Source of the DNA: Deltaproteobacteria bacterium
Lineage (GTDB): Bacteria > Myxococcota_A > Polyangia > Polyangiales > Houyiibacteriaceae
NCBI GenBank assembly: GCA_034670305.1
Contig: JAXMNT010000018.1
Location: forward strand, 1 to 64,000
Direction of reading: 5' to 3'
Length of the DNA: 64,000 nucleotides
Below the pieces are notes generated by a model that saw only the letters and a program-made list of their open reading frames with translations, searched no databases and was not told where the DNA came from. A program made the translations under genes and the position numbers. Every line of letters begins with the position of its first letter. The first letter of the stretch is position 1. Below are positions 40,101 through 49,068 of this stretch, in pieces.

Positions 40101-41878
40101 GCGGCCGAGTGGACGTACGGGTCACCTTCCCGCGCCGCTTGGCGCTGCACGAAACACTTCGAGTCCCGGTTCGCGTCACGCGCCCCTTCGCGCTCGATGG
40201 TTCTGCCGTGGACCCGGTCGAGATCGATCTGCGGGCGAGCTCGGCCAGCGTCGAGGTCGAAGGCGGCCATGTCTCGCTCTCTGCCAGCGAAGAGTCGAAG
40301 ACCACCTACCTGACCTTGCGCGCGACCGCGGCGGGGCGTCCGCAGATCGAGTTTCAAGCGGTCGATGCTGCTGGCGAGGTCCTGTTCGAAGTCACCCGTC
40401 ACGTGCGCGTCGCAGAAGCCGGCGCCCGCCGCACCCGATGGGCAAGCGCGCTCGTCGACTCCGAGTGGCCCATCGAGTTCGACCTGCCCGAAGGCGCCAC
40501 CCACCGGAACATCGAGCTCGTGCTCGTCGCGCCGAATCGGCTCGACGCGGACCCGCTGCTGCGCCCCCTGCGGCAGTCTCACCCGCATCTGCTCGCTTGG
40601 AACCGGGTGCTCGCGGGGGTTCCGCTCGACGAGGAGCTTCGGCAGGGCCTCTCCCAAGCGCCGGCCGATCCCATCATGGCCGCATCGGCGCTCGTGGCAG
40701 CCACCGCGCTCGCGGACGATCTGAGCGGTTGGGCGGGTGTCGCGCGGCGTTCGGAGAGGGCCATCGGCCGAATCGCACAGCTGTCGATGACGACGGAGGA
40801 CAACGCACGCATCCTCGCGGCGCTCTCCCCGATCGCCGCTGGCGTGCCCGTCGACACCGACGGCTCGAGCCGGGTCGAGATCTTCGTCGACCATCTTCGC
40901 GAACAGCTCTGGGATGCGTCCCGACTGCACGCGGAAGACGACCACGTGCTCGCGCAGGTGGCTGCTGCGCTGCTGATGGTCGACCCCGCCGATCAAAGCG
41001 GGCGGGCCTTCTTCCAGGTGGTGCGCCAGCGGCTCGAGACCCGAGGCGATGCGCTCGTCGTCGTTGCCGACACGGACCGAGCGCGGGTCACGGCGACGGC
41101 CGCGATGGCACTCGCGGCGATGCAGCTCGGTGACGAGCCCCTGCGCCAGCGGCTGGCCCGCGGCGCCGCACACCGCTCCTGGCAGGTTCTGCTCGACGCG
41201 TCCCAGGCGCCGACCCCACCCCCTCAGACGCGGAGACGAGGGCGTCGGGGCGAATCCACCGAGCCGCCGCCTTCGCTTCCGGAGCGCGCGTTCTGGCTCT
41301 TGGCGGCGTCCAGCCACGGTGCCCTCGGTCGCGCAGGCACCGTCCGCCTCGACGGTCAGAACGTCGCCATCGACGGTGCTGTGCGGCGCATCCTCGAAGA
41401 CCGCGACGAGGTCCGGGCCGAGGTCGATGCGGAGCATGCCGTCTGGAGCCGGGTGGAAGCGCGGTACGACTTGCCGGTCGCCGAGGTCCAGCCGGAAGGA
41501 GGCGCGGTGCTCTCGCTCGAAGGCGTCACAGGCGATCTCCGTGGACCCGCCGCCCTCGAAGTGAAGGTCGTCGCGGGTCCTGCCATGACGCACCCCATCC
41601 TCGCCATCCAACTGCCGGCCGGCGCCACCCTCCCCGAGGGCGCGCTGGAGGCCATTCGGCGAAACGACGCGGTCGCATCCGTGGGACGCATCGATCGCAA
41701 CGGTCAGGTCCGCATCCAGCTCAGCCCCTTGCCGGCCGGCAGTGAGATCCGGCTGCCGCTGCCGATTCTTTGGCTGGCGTCTGGTCGCCGGAGCGGCCTG
41801 AGCCTCTCGCTCTGGGACGACGTCACCCCATGGCAGGTGTCTTCCATCCCCGCCCGAACCATCGAGATTCCAGATTGA
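37187..41878 (+). CDS. Alpha-2-macroglobulin-like protein 2 (divergent paralogue)
   Basis: ATGA overlap; signal peptide; PEGGALIPG, FPRRLALHE, IQLPAG; colinear similarity to protein 1. Confidence 0.7.
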   Translation: MNNERTQRLFLLLLCSAMVCLHGEASAQGFTRRALPGGAITGLELTLEGPQAVEAGQRARWFVALHEVVRDQAYRPASGANIQVLASYQHGEPVADITTDANGRAVIEFVVPVDVHNHFQLHIDARSAARGMRRRFELPVSIRSSYTMTLNSPVAQVQPFERFVVHGLLRGPRGRLIGDQDVIVQTQVNGRTHAPPQTVRTHEGAFVATIRAPRADDIRVTAQARMTVPPARAGEPAGTATVSASLGLRVQRVSLPRVAVQVQPARAVVRPGEIVDVAVAVFDNLGNPLDGARVGGVRFPSDVPEDERFALTDTRGRAVLRWQIPRDGSSSRTLQTTITATAPGIGNGQAAASVRVAGSSVVMRAAPEGGALIPGVVSRLFVRLVSPDGTPSVGTDVEVEAPRLGRWAGTTDAAGVAMLEGTLRAEGRDAPDACGGATALAIEVRALGQTREQCVAVDPDSLVRVRAVAESAAAESRGIDVAIAVAPEARALPLRMTLLRAEQLSSATHWIPVEDTILPAVGRGGEVRTRVADPSPPGSRTPLLVRVRPLVGEGRAEVRGGVARVVPPAVTASSRLELDGSRARVAGALRGFVVAADESSASALRERLPRLEQPSEPLRLARLANETPRDLSAPYILRGRALSPVPSVDDPTQFGLLRDPWRQMALYQSGRLALVLRAIEAHVMQLSAEGTIETVAERTGRGYRFHRALIDLIGSEEFGPEGARDLGGLPLTVAHLEAMDPAFTFDRMARRITRQRLLQVLVSLRDWVHTNNHDLDFARVGSPGEWLGIMLEDGELQEQQLRDGWGRPMVLREVRGRARFDLLQPVRGWELVSAGPDGRMGNADDVVDPTARVLPSGSMYGRAMDEDGLLARLNGVALGRATLAALSDAVDMEDTFGSAPAEAVLASFEDVPTPLPEPTPLRAPNVLRGDGFALEGGPGTFSLSPRPGTYRVFGAGYEQGRLVVHEAPLTWGGRVDVRVTFPRRLALHETLRVPVRVTRPFALDGSAVDPVEIDLRASSASVEVEGGHVSLSASEESKTTYLTLRATAAGRPQIEFQAVDAAGEVLFEVTRHVRVAEAGARRTRWASALVDSEWPIEFDLPEGATHRNIELVLVAPNRLDADPLLRPLRQSHPHLLAWNRVLAGVPLDEELRQGLSQAPADPIMAASALVAATALADDLSGWAGVARRSERAIGRIAQLSMTTEDNARILAALSPIAAGVPVDTDGSSRVEIFVDHLREQLWDASRLHAEDDHVLAQVAAALLMVDPADQSGRAFFQVVRQRLETRGDALVVVADTDRARVTATAAMALAAMQLGDEPLRQRLARGAAHRSWQVLLDASQAPTPPPQTRRRGRRGESTEPPPSLPERAFWLLAASSHGALGRAGTVRLDGQNVAIDGAVRRILEDRDEVRAEVDAEHAVWSRVEARYDLPVAEVQPEGGAVLSLEGVTGDLRGPAALEVKVVAGPAMTHPILAIQLPAGATLPEGALEAIRRNDAVASVGRIDRNGQVRIQLSPLPAGSEIRLPLPILWLASGRRSGLSLSLWDDVTPWQVSSIPARTIEIPD

Positions 41879-41946
41879 CCCATCTGTAAGCGCTGGTTGT
41901 TGCAAGTCTTGGTGGTCGTTGCGAGTCTCCGCTCAGGGATTGTGAG

Positions 41947-43653
41947 GTGCTTGCGATGCGTGTAGCGAAGAGATGGGTTTTGCTTTCGGTCTTGGTGGCG
42001 TCGGTCGGCTGTGGTGAGTCGACGACGGTGGAAGACGGTGGAACGGGCGAAGACGGCGGAGGCGGCGTCGATGTCGGAACGGGCGTCGACACCGGCCCCG
42101 GCGTCGACACCGGCCCTGGCGTCGACAGCGGCATTCCACCCGAAGACGCGCCCGTCATGGACTGCGGCGCGCTAGGCGAGGTCTGTTGTCCAGACGGCTC
42201 GTGCGATGAAGGCGACTGCCTGGATGGTTTCTGCACGGCGCCTCCGATCTGCGGTGAGCTGGGTGGCGAGTGCTGTCCCGACGGCACGTGCGAAGACGGC
42301 CTCTGTACCGACGGCCTCTGCACCGCGTGTGGCGGCGCCGGTGAGACTTGTTGTGCGGGCGCATCGTGCGACGCAGGCGCGGCCTGTGCGGGCGGCACCT
42401 GTGTGACGTGTGGCGATCCCGGCGAAGAATGCTGCGCGAGCAACTCGTGCAATGGCGGCGGTTGCTGCGTCGAAGGCACGTGCACGGGCGAAGGCTCGAC
42501 CTGTCCCGGACTCGGCATGGAGTGCGCGGCCGGAAGCTGCGGCGATTGTGGCGGCGCCGGCGATGTGTGTTGCGACGACGGTCCGGGCCCGGGCTTCTGC
42601 ACCGCGTCCGGCGTCGACTGTGTCGGCGACACGTGCGTGAGCTGCGGCGACGCGGGCGAAGCGTGTTGCGATGGCGCGTGTGGCGACGGGCTGGCCTGCA
42701 ACGGCGGAACCTGCGTGACCTGTGGCGGCCCCGGCGAAGCATGCTGCGGCGGCGACTCGTGCGACGCAGGCTTCGCATGTGGCGGCGACGTGTGCCGCGC
42801 ATGCGGCGACGTGGGCGAAGTGTGCTGTCCTGGTTCGACCTGCGGCGACGGTTGCTGCGACGCGGCGTCGAACGTCTGTGTCGGGGTCGGCTCGGACTGC
42901 GGCCTCGGCGTCTGTGGCGACGACGGCGACTGCAGCATCTGTGGTCTCCCGGATCGCGCGTGTTGTCCCGGCGACGAGTGCAGCGGCGGCGCGTGCTGCG
43001 ACGGCGATGCGTGCACGCCTTCGGGCACCGAAGCGGGCGGCACCGGCATGGTCTGCATCGACGGCATGACCGAAGCTTGCGGCGGTGACGGAGAAGCCTG
43101 TTGTGGTGGTTCGGCGTGCGACGATGGCGGATGTTGCGTGAGCGGCACCTGCGTAGCGGAGGACGACGCCTGCGGCGGCAGCACGACATGCACCGCAGGC
43201 AGTTGCGGCAACATGGACTTCCGATGTGGCGCGGAAGGTGAGTTCTGCTGCCGCACCGGCGGTGGAAGCCCTGGCTTCTGCACCTCGGCCGACCTCGCAT
43301 GCACCGGTGGGGGCGGCGGACGCTGTCAGCCTTGCGGCGGCGACGGCGAAGCCTGTTGTCCCGGTCAGGCATGTGGCGATAGTGGCTGCTGCGTCGACGA
43401 CACCTGCGTGGAGGATGGCGGCGACTGCGGCGGCGACCTCGGCATGTGCACCGGCGGCGGCTGCCTCGACGGCGCGTGCGGACTCATCGGTGGTCCGTGC
43501 TGTCCCGACGGCGTGGGCTGCAGCGAGTCCTTCTCGGTCTGCGGCGGCGGCGTCTGTCAGCCCTGCGGGGGCAGCGGCGAGACCTGTTGCGGGTTCGACT
43601 GCAACACCCCGTTCAGCTGCAACTTCAGCGCGGGTGGCCGCGTCTGCCGGTGA
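41947..43653 (+). CDS. Cys/Gly-rich repeat lipoprotein
   Basis: SVGC lipobox; more than ten CGxxGExCC units; no catalytic domain recognised. Confidence 0.8.
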   Translation: MLAMRVAKRWVLLSVLVASVGCGESTTVEDGGTGEDGGGGVDVGTGVDTGPGVDTGPGVDSGIPPEDAPVMDCGALGEVCCPDGSCDEGDCLDGFCTAPPICGELGGECCPDGTCEDGLCTDGLCTACGGAGETCCAGASCDAGAACAGGTCVTCGDPGEECCASNSCNGGGCCVEGTCTGEGSTCPGLGMECAAGSCGDCGGAGDVCCDDGPGPGFCTASGVDCVGDTCVSCGDAGEACCDGACGDGLACNGGTCVTCGGPGEACCGGDSCDAGFACGGDVCRACGDVGEVCCPGSTCGDGCCDAASNVCVGVGSDCGLGVCGDDGDCSICGLPDRACCPGDECSGGACCDGDACTPSGTEAGGTGMVCIDGMTEACGGDGEACCGGSACDDGGCCVSGTCVAEDDACGGSTTCTAGSCGNMDFRCGAEGEFCCRTGGGSPGFCTSADLACTGGGGGRCQPCGGDGEACCPGQACGDSGCCVDDTCVEDGGDCGGDLGMCTGGGCLDGACGLIGGPCCPDGVGCSESFSVCGGGVCQPCGGSGETCCGFDCNTPFSCNFSAGGRVCR

Positions 43654-43761
43654 ACGTGCACCCCTGATCCGGACCTTCTGTGGTCGGAGGGGATGGGCGC
43701 ATCCCCCTCCGACCTGCGGGGCAGCCCTCCGGCCTCCTCCCCAACTTGTTCCGGATCGCGC

Positions 43762-43801
43762 AGAAGGGCTCTCCTCGATTCCGGGGAGGGCCCCTTCTTT
43801 T
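43762..43801 (+). terminator. Intrinsic terminator-like hairpin
   Basis: AGAAGGGCTCTCC...GGAGGGCCCCTTCT followed by T-tract. Confidence 0.6.
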
Positions 43802-43908
43802 GGGGAGGCGAAGCGTCCGCAGCGTGGAAGGCCTTGGAAAACAGCTGCCCCGACGACCCGTTCGGATCACCCGAGTGGGGGTTCCCCAGCATGTAGTATT
43901 TCAGTATC

Positions 43909-45213
43909 ATGCCGCGTGTGAGAAGAATGCGCGGTGCCCTCGGGTTGCTCTTGTTCGTTGCTGTGACGGCGACGCTGTCTCCTCCGCAGGCCCGCGCCGA
44001 CCGAGGGCCCTACACGCTCCGGGTGGAAGGCGCGCTGGCGCTGATGCTCACCGACCCCCAGACCGATCGATTCGACCTGGGTGGAGGCGGCGCGCTCGGG
44101 TTCGAGTACCGGCTTCACGACTACGTGGGCGCGGAGGTGCGCTTCGGGATCTACGCGTTCCCGTCGACGCCGCTCGCTCCGACCATCGATGGCTTCGGAA
44201 GCTACTACGCGCCCGGGCTGGCGGTGCGAGCCCATCCGATCCCCGATCTCGACTTCGGCGATCTGTGGGTGTCGTTGGGCGCCAACTTGGTCGTCACCGG
44301 GAGCGAGACCCTGTTCGGCATCGAAGCGGGCGTGGGTTTCGACATCGACATCCTCTGGTGGCTGCGCGCCGGCCCCTTCGTCCGCTACGCACACGTATTC
44401 GAATCGGACGCCGCCAACGCGGGGTTCCTCCAGTTCGGCGTCTCGCTCGCGTTCCTCGGTGAAGAGCCCGCCGAGCCGGAGCCCGAACCGGAGCCCGAGC
44501 CGGAGCCGCAACCGCTCGACACCGACGCGGACGGGTTGCTCGACCCCGAGGATGGTTGTCCGACCGAACCCGAAGACCGGGACGAGTTCGAAGACGAAGA
44601 CGGATGTCCCGATCCCGACAACGACGGCGACGGGGTCCTCGACGGAGTGGACGCGTGTCCGATGGATGCGGAAGACGCGGATGGTTTCGAAGACACCGAT
44701 GGGTGTCCGGATCCAGACAACGACCAAGATGGTTTCCCCGACGGCGCCGATCGCTGTCCCGACCAAGCGGAAGTCGTCAACCAGTTCGAGGACGAAGACG
44801 GATGCCCCGATGAGCGACCGGCCGTCGACGTCGAGCTCGAGCGGCTGGCACACCAGCTCTACTTCCCCAACGATCGAGTTCGCCTGACCCAGCCCTCGCG
44901 CCGGGTGCTCCAACAGATGGTCGAGTTGCTGCGGACCCACCCCGAACTTCGACTCGTCCGGATCGAGGCGCACGCCTCCGAGACCGGGACTCCAGAGTAC
45001 AACCTCGACCTGAGCCGCCGTCGCGCGGAGCGGGTCGTGCGCGAGATGGTCTCGGCCGGAATCGCCGAGGAGCGCCTGCAGATCCAGGCCCTCGGGGACA
45101 CGCAGCCGGCCGTCGCCGGCGATCAAGAGGATGCCCACACACGAAACCGCCGGGTGGAGTTCGTGGTTGTGGAGCGAACGGCGCCAGCGCCGACAGAACC
45201 TGAGGTGGAGTGA
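43909..45213 (+). CDS. OmpA-family protein: beta-barrel + TSP3 repeats + OmpA C-terminal domain
   Basis: Signal peptide, amphipathic strands, DxDGCPDPDNDxDG repeats, NLDLSRRRA, NRRVEF. Confidence 0.92.
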   Translation: MPRVRRMRGALGLLLFVAVTATLSPPQARADRGPYTLRVEGALALMLTDPQTDRFDLGGGGALGFEYRLHDYVGAEVRFGIYAFPSTPLAPTIDGFGSYYAPGLAVRAHPIPDLDFGDLWVSLGANLVVTGSETLFGIEAGVGFDIDILWWLRAGPFVRYAHVFESDAANAGFLQFGVSLAFLGEEPAEPEPEPEPEPEPQPLDTDADGLLDPEDGCPTEPEDRDEFEDEDGCPDPDNDGDGVLDGVDACPMDAEDADGFEDTDGCPDPDNDQDGFPDGADRCPDQAEVVNQFEDEDGCPDERPAVDVELERLAHQLYFPNDRVRLTQPSRRVLQQMVELLRTHPELRLVRIEAHASETGTPEYNLDLSRRRAERVVREMVSAGIAEERLQIQALGDTQPAVAGDQEDAHTRNRRVEFVVVERTAPAPTEPEVE

Positions 45214-47840
45214 TGGGTGGGAAGCAGTTGATCTCGGTGATGCGCGCGGGCGTGTTGCTTTCTTCGTGGTTGGTGATCGCGAGCTGCGGCTCGAAGATCA
45301 CCGTCGACAGCGACGCTGGGACGGACGGCGGGTGCGCCGTCGACTGCGACGACGGCCTCGACTGCACCCGGGATGAATGCGTGGGGGGCGCCTGCGTGAA
45401 CACCGCCGAAGACTCGGCGTGTGGCGGCGACGACATCGCGTGCACCACGGCCCGCTGCGATTCGTCGCTCGGCTGCGTGGTCGACCTCGACGACTCCCGC
45501 TGCGACGACGGCATCTCGTGCACCGCCGATGCATGCACCGAGGTCGGCTGTTCCCACACCCCGACCGTGGGCGCCTGCGACGATGGCATCGACTGCACCG
45601 ACGACCTCTGTGGTGAAGAGGGCTGCTTCGCGGTCCCGAACAACGCACTCTGCGGGGCCGGACAGATCTGTCGCGCCGACGCTGGGGGATGCACCGACCT
45701 CGTCGAGTGCGTCGCAGGGGACGACGCGCGTTGCGACGACGGTCAGCCCTGCACCACCGACCGCTGCAACGGCGATCTTGGGCGCTGCGAGAACGTGCCG
45801 GACGACACCGTTTGCAACGACGGCCTCTTCTGCAACGGCAACGAGATCTGCGTGGCGTTCCGTGGCTGCGTGCTCGACCGGGCGACGGCGTGCGACGACG
45901 GCGTCTTCTGCACGCTCGACCGCTGCAACGAGGACAGCGACAGCTGCGAACATTCGCCGGCCAACGTGCTCTGCAGCGACGACCTGTTCTGCAACGGGGC
46001 GGAGACCTGCGATCCCACGGCTGGCTGCACCACCGCCGCCGACCCCTGCGACGACGGCGACGTCTGCACCACCAACTCGTGCGACGAAACCACCAACATG
46101 TGCGCGAGCGGCCCGTTCGACGAAGACGGCGACGGCGATCCGCCCCTGAGCTGCGGCGGCACCGACTGCGCCGACGACAACCCGGACCTGGCCGGCACGC
46201 TGCCGGAAATCTGCGACGGCGACGACGACGACTGCGATACGCTCATCGACGAAGGTGTGCTGAGCTCCTGCGGCGACTGCGACCCCGGGTGCGTACGCGA
46301 GACACGGAGCGGCGCCGACTTCACGGGACCCGGCGCCAACGGCACCGAGTACGACCCGGCCGAAGGCGGACTCATCATCTCCACCGACGTCACCAACGCG
46401 GACTACCTGTGGATCGTCAACACCAACGAGAGCACGCTCGCCCGTTGGGACGCGGGCACGCAGCTCGAGGTCGCGCGCTACCGCGTGGGCAACCCCGCCG
46501 GCGAATGCCCCGGCATCTGCTGTCACAGCGGCCCGTGCAACATGGCGAGCCGCACCGTGGTCGACGGCAACGGCGACGCCTACGTGGCGAGCCGTGGGTT
46601 CAACATGGTCGGCTCGGTCACGAAGATCGCCGGGCACATCTCGGACTGCGTCGACCGCAACGACAACGGCATGATCGACACCTCCACCAGCACCACGCCG
46701 ATGGCGTATGGAGAGGACGAATGCGTGCTCTGGACGGCCGACGTCGGTCCTTCGAACACGCTCCTGCGCGCGCTCGCGATCGATGGCGGCGACGCGATGC
46801 ATCCCGAGGGGTACGTCTGGGTCGGCGGGTACAGCACCTCCGAGTTCTGGAAACTCGATCCGGACGACGGCTCGGTCCTGCTCAATGTCCCGACGCCTGG
46901 GGTCAACCCCTACGGTGCGGTCGTGATCGGGGACGGGCGGCTCTTCGTGGGTGTGCTCGGCAACGCCCAGACCGCGTACTTCGACACGACCGCGGCGGAT
47001 CCGGCCGCGACCTACACCCCCTTGCCGTGGCCCGCCTTCCGGGGTTGCTCACAGGCGTACGGCATCACGGCCGACGCCGATGGCCGGGTGTGGTTCGCCG
47101 GCTGGGGCTGTCAGGACGCCTTGGCGTACGACACGACGAGCGGGGAATGGAGTCGCTTCATCGGATTCGGCTCGACGGCCGGCCGAGGCATCACGGTCGA
47201 CTCGACCGGCCGGGTGTGGATGGCGATCACCGCCAACCCGTCGCGACTCGCGTGGTGGAACACCTCGGACTTCGTCGCGGGCGGGACGGTGACCGTGCCC
47301 CCTGCGCAGATCATCAACAACATGGTCGGTGACAGCGAACCGTCCGCGATCGGCGCCGACCAGAGCGGCCACATCTGGATGGCGCACACGGACACGACGA
47401 GCAGCCTCTACCGGTTCGATCCGGCGGACCTGAGCGTGCGGGAGACCTTCCCAGGCACGACGAACCGCGTGTACAGCTACACCGACTTCACGGGTGGTGT
47501 GTTCCGATCGATCATCGGAACGGGTTCGTTCGAGGAGGAGTGGGACGCGACCTGCGCCGCTCCGGTGTATGACGACCTCGAGTACGACGTCTCGACCCCC
47601 GGTGGGACGTCGGTCGAGTTCGTTCTCCGCACGGCGGACACCGCGGCGGGTCTCGACGCCGCGACGCCGGTGATCGCGGCGACGGTTCCGGCCGACGTGT
47701 CTCCCTTCGACATCAACGACGCGCTCGTGGGGGCCGGCGAGACGCCGGGTCAGTTCCTTCGACTCACCGTCCGCCTCAACGGCGACAGCGGGGAGACGCC
47801 GGTGCTGCGCGACTACACGATCACGTGGCGCTGCCCCTAG
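45210..47840 (+). CDS. Cys-rich repeat lipoprotein with MopE-like motif and beta-propeller C-terminal half
   Basis: IASC lipobox; CDDGxxCTxDxC repeats; EICDGDDDDCD; YGITADADGRVW and GITVDSTGRVW blades. Confidence 0.8.
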   Translation: MMGGKQLISVMRAGVLLSSWLVIASCGSKITVDSDAGTDGGCAVDCDDGLDCTRDECVGGACVNTAEDSACGGDDIACTTARCDSSLGCVVDLDDSRCDDGISCTADACTEVGCSHTPTVGACDDGIDCTDDLCGEEGCFAVPNNALCGAGQICRADAGGCTDLVECVAGDDARCDDGQPCTTDRCNGDLGRCENVPDDTVCNDGLFCNGNEICVAFRGCVLDRATACDDGVFCTLDRCNEDSDSCEHSPANVLCSDDLFCNGAETCDPTAGCTTAADPCDDGDVCTTNSCDETTNMCASGPFDEDGDGDPPLSCGGTDCADDNPDLAGTLPEICDGDDDDCDTLIDEGVLSSCGDCDPGCVRETRSGADFTGPGANGTEYDPAEGGLIISTDVTNADYLWIVNTNESTLARWDAGTQLEVARYRVGNPAGECPGICCHSGPCNMASRTVVDGNGDAYVASRGFNMVGSVTKIAGHISDCVDRNDNGMIDTSTSTTPMAYGEDECVLWTADVGPSNTLLRALAIDGGDAMHPEGYVWVGGYSTSEFWKLDPDDGSVLLNVPTPGVNPYGAVVIGDGRLFVGVLGNAQTAYFDTTAADPAATYTPLPWPAFRGCSQAYGITADADGRVWFAGWGCQDALAYDTTSGEWSRFIGFGSTAGRGITVDSTGRVWMAITANPSRLAWWNTSDFVAGGTVTVPPAQIINNMVGDSEPSAIGADQSGHIWMAHTDTTSSLYRFDPADLSVRETFPGTTNRVYSYTDFTGGVFRSIIGTGSFEEEWDATCAAPVYDDLEYDVSTPGGTSVEFVLRTADTAAGLDAATPVIAATVPADVSPFDINDALVGAGETPGQFLRLTVRLNGDSGETPVLRDYTITWRCP

Positions 47841-47861
47841 GGTCTTCGCATCGGACTCCGT

Positions 47862-47905
47862 AGAGAAGGGCTCTCCTCGATTTCGAGGAGGGCCCTTTCT
47901 CTTTT
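47862..47905 (+). terminator. Intrinsic terminator
   Basis: AGAGAAGGGCTCTCCTCGA-TT-TCGAGGAGGGCCCTTTCT then CTTTT, 21 nt after the stop. Confidence 0.8.
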
Positions 47906-48043
47906 GAATACGTCACGAATCACCCAGTGAAACACGGGGCAACGCAAGTTGGGCGTCCAGGTTCGGCGCTGGCATGGAACGCCGACAACGAATCAATCGA
48001 AGCCGCGGGTCGTCTACTCGAATGTACCCACCGAGGAGTTCTC

Positions 48044-48910
48044 ATGACCCCCCGCAACCTCAACGACATCCCCACCGTTTCCGATCCGACCGCCGACTCG
48101 GGCGTGTTCGACCTGGCCGCGCTCCACGCACAGGCGCGTGCGTTTGCGGAATCGAAGGACCCGTCCAAGTCGCTCGTCGTGTACGGCGTGGCGTCGCTGC
48201 ACGACGTCAACCCCGGCGCCCGACGACAGGCGCGCAAGACGCGCCGGAGCCAGGTCATGCCGCGGCTTGGCGCGGTGCTCTCGGCGCTCGTCGTGTGCAC
48301 GTCGGTGGCGTTCGCGCTTCACACCCGCGCGTCGATGGCCCCGGCCGATGCCGACCCGGTGCTGGGCCTGTCTGTGGACAAACGGATCGAACGCGCGGCA
48401 GCACCGGTCGTGGACGTCGCGCCAGAACCGGTCGCGGAGCCTGAGGTGGCGACGGTGACCGAGCCGGATGCCGAGCCGCCGGTCCGCCGGACGCGTCCGA
48501 CACCCCGAGCGACCACTCGACCCGCCGTGCGTGCGCCGGCACCTGCGCCCACCCCGGAGCTCGCCGACCGCTCGATCGAAGAACTGATGCGGCTCGCGGC
48601 CGGGCTTCCGGAAGTGCCCACCGCATCCTCGAACTCGCTCGAGGAGACACCGATGCGCACCTTGCGCCCGAGTCGCGAGCGCGTGGCCACGGCCTTCCGG
48701 AGCAAGACCACCGAAGTGCGGCGTTGCGGCGATGGCGGCGTGGCCACCGCCCGCGTGTTTCTCACCGGAAGCACCGGTCGAACCCGTTCGGTGCGCGTGA
48801 CCGGCGTCGATGCCGCGGTCGCCGCGTGTGTTGCGTCCGCGCTCGAAGACGTGCGCGTCGATCCCTTCCTCCAAGAACGGCTCGAAGTCACCTTCCCGTA
48901 CCGCCTGTAG
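48044..48910 (+). CDS. Membrane-anchored Pro-rich protein with AgmX/PglI (TonB-C-like) C-terminus
   Basis: GAGGAG RBS; TM; Pro linker; VRRC...AACVA...VTFPYRL. Confidence 0.7.
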   Translation: MTPRNLNDIPTVSDPTADSGVFDLAALHAQARAFAESKDPSKSLVVYGVASLHDVNPGARRQARKTRRSQVMPRLGAVLSALVVCTSVAFALHTRASMAPADADPVLGLSVDKRIERAAAPVVDVAPEPVAEPEVATVTEPDAEPPVRRTRPTPRATTRPAVRAPAPAPTPELADRSIEELMRLAAGLPEVPTASSNSLEETPMRTLRPSRERVATAFRSKTTEVRRCGDGGVATARVFLTGSTGRTRSVRVTGVDAAVAACVASALEDVRVDPFLQERLEVTFPYRL

Positions 48911-49068
48911 CAGGTCGCGTGAGCGACCTGCACCCGTGCCCGTGCCCGTGCCCGTGCCCTTGCCCTCGTTGGCTCCGACCAGTCACACGAGAGACCAAGA
49001 GGGGGCAAGGGCAAGGACGGGGCAAGAGTTTGAGCTCCAGAAAGCCTCCGGCGCGTAGGGGAGCGCGG

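Noticed and set aside
44465-44510. EPEPEP tract as a mobile repeat
   Set aside because: Ordinary OmpA hinge
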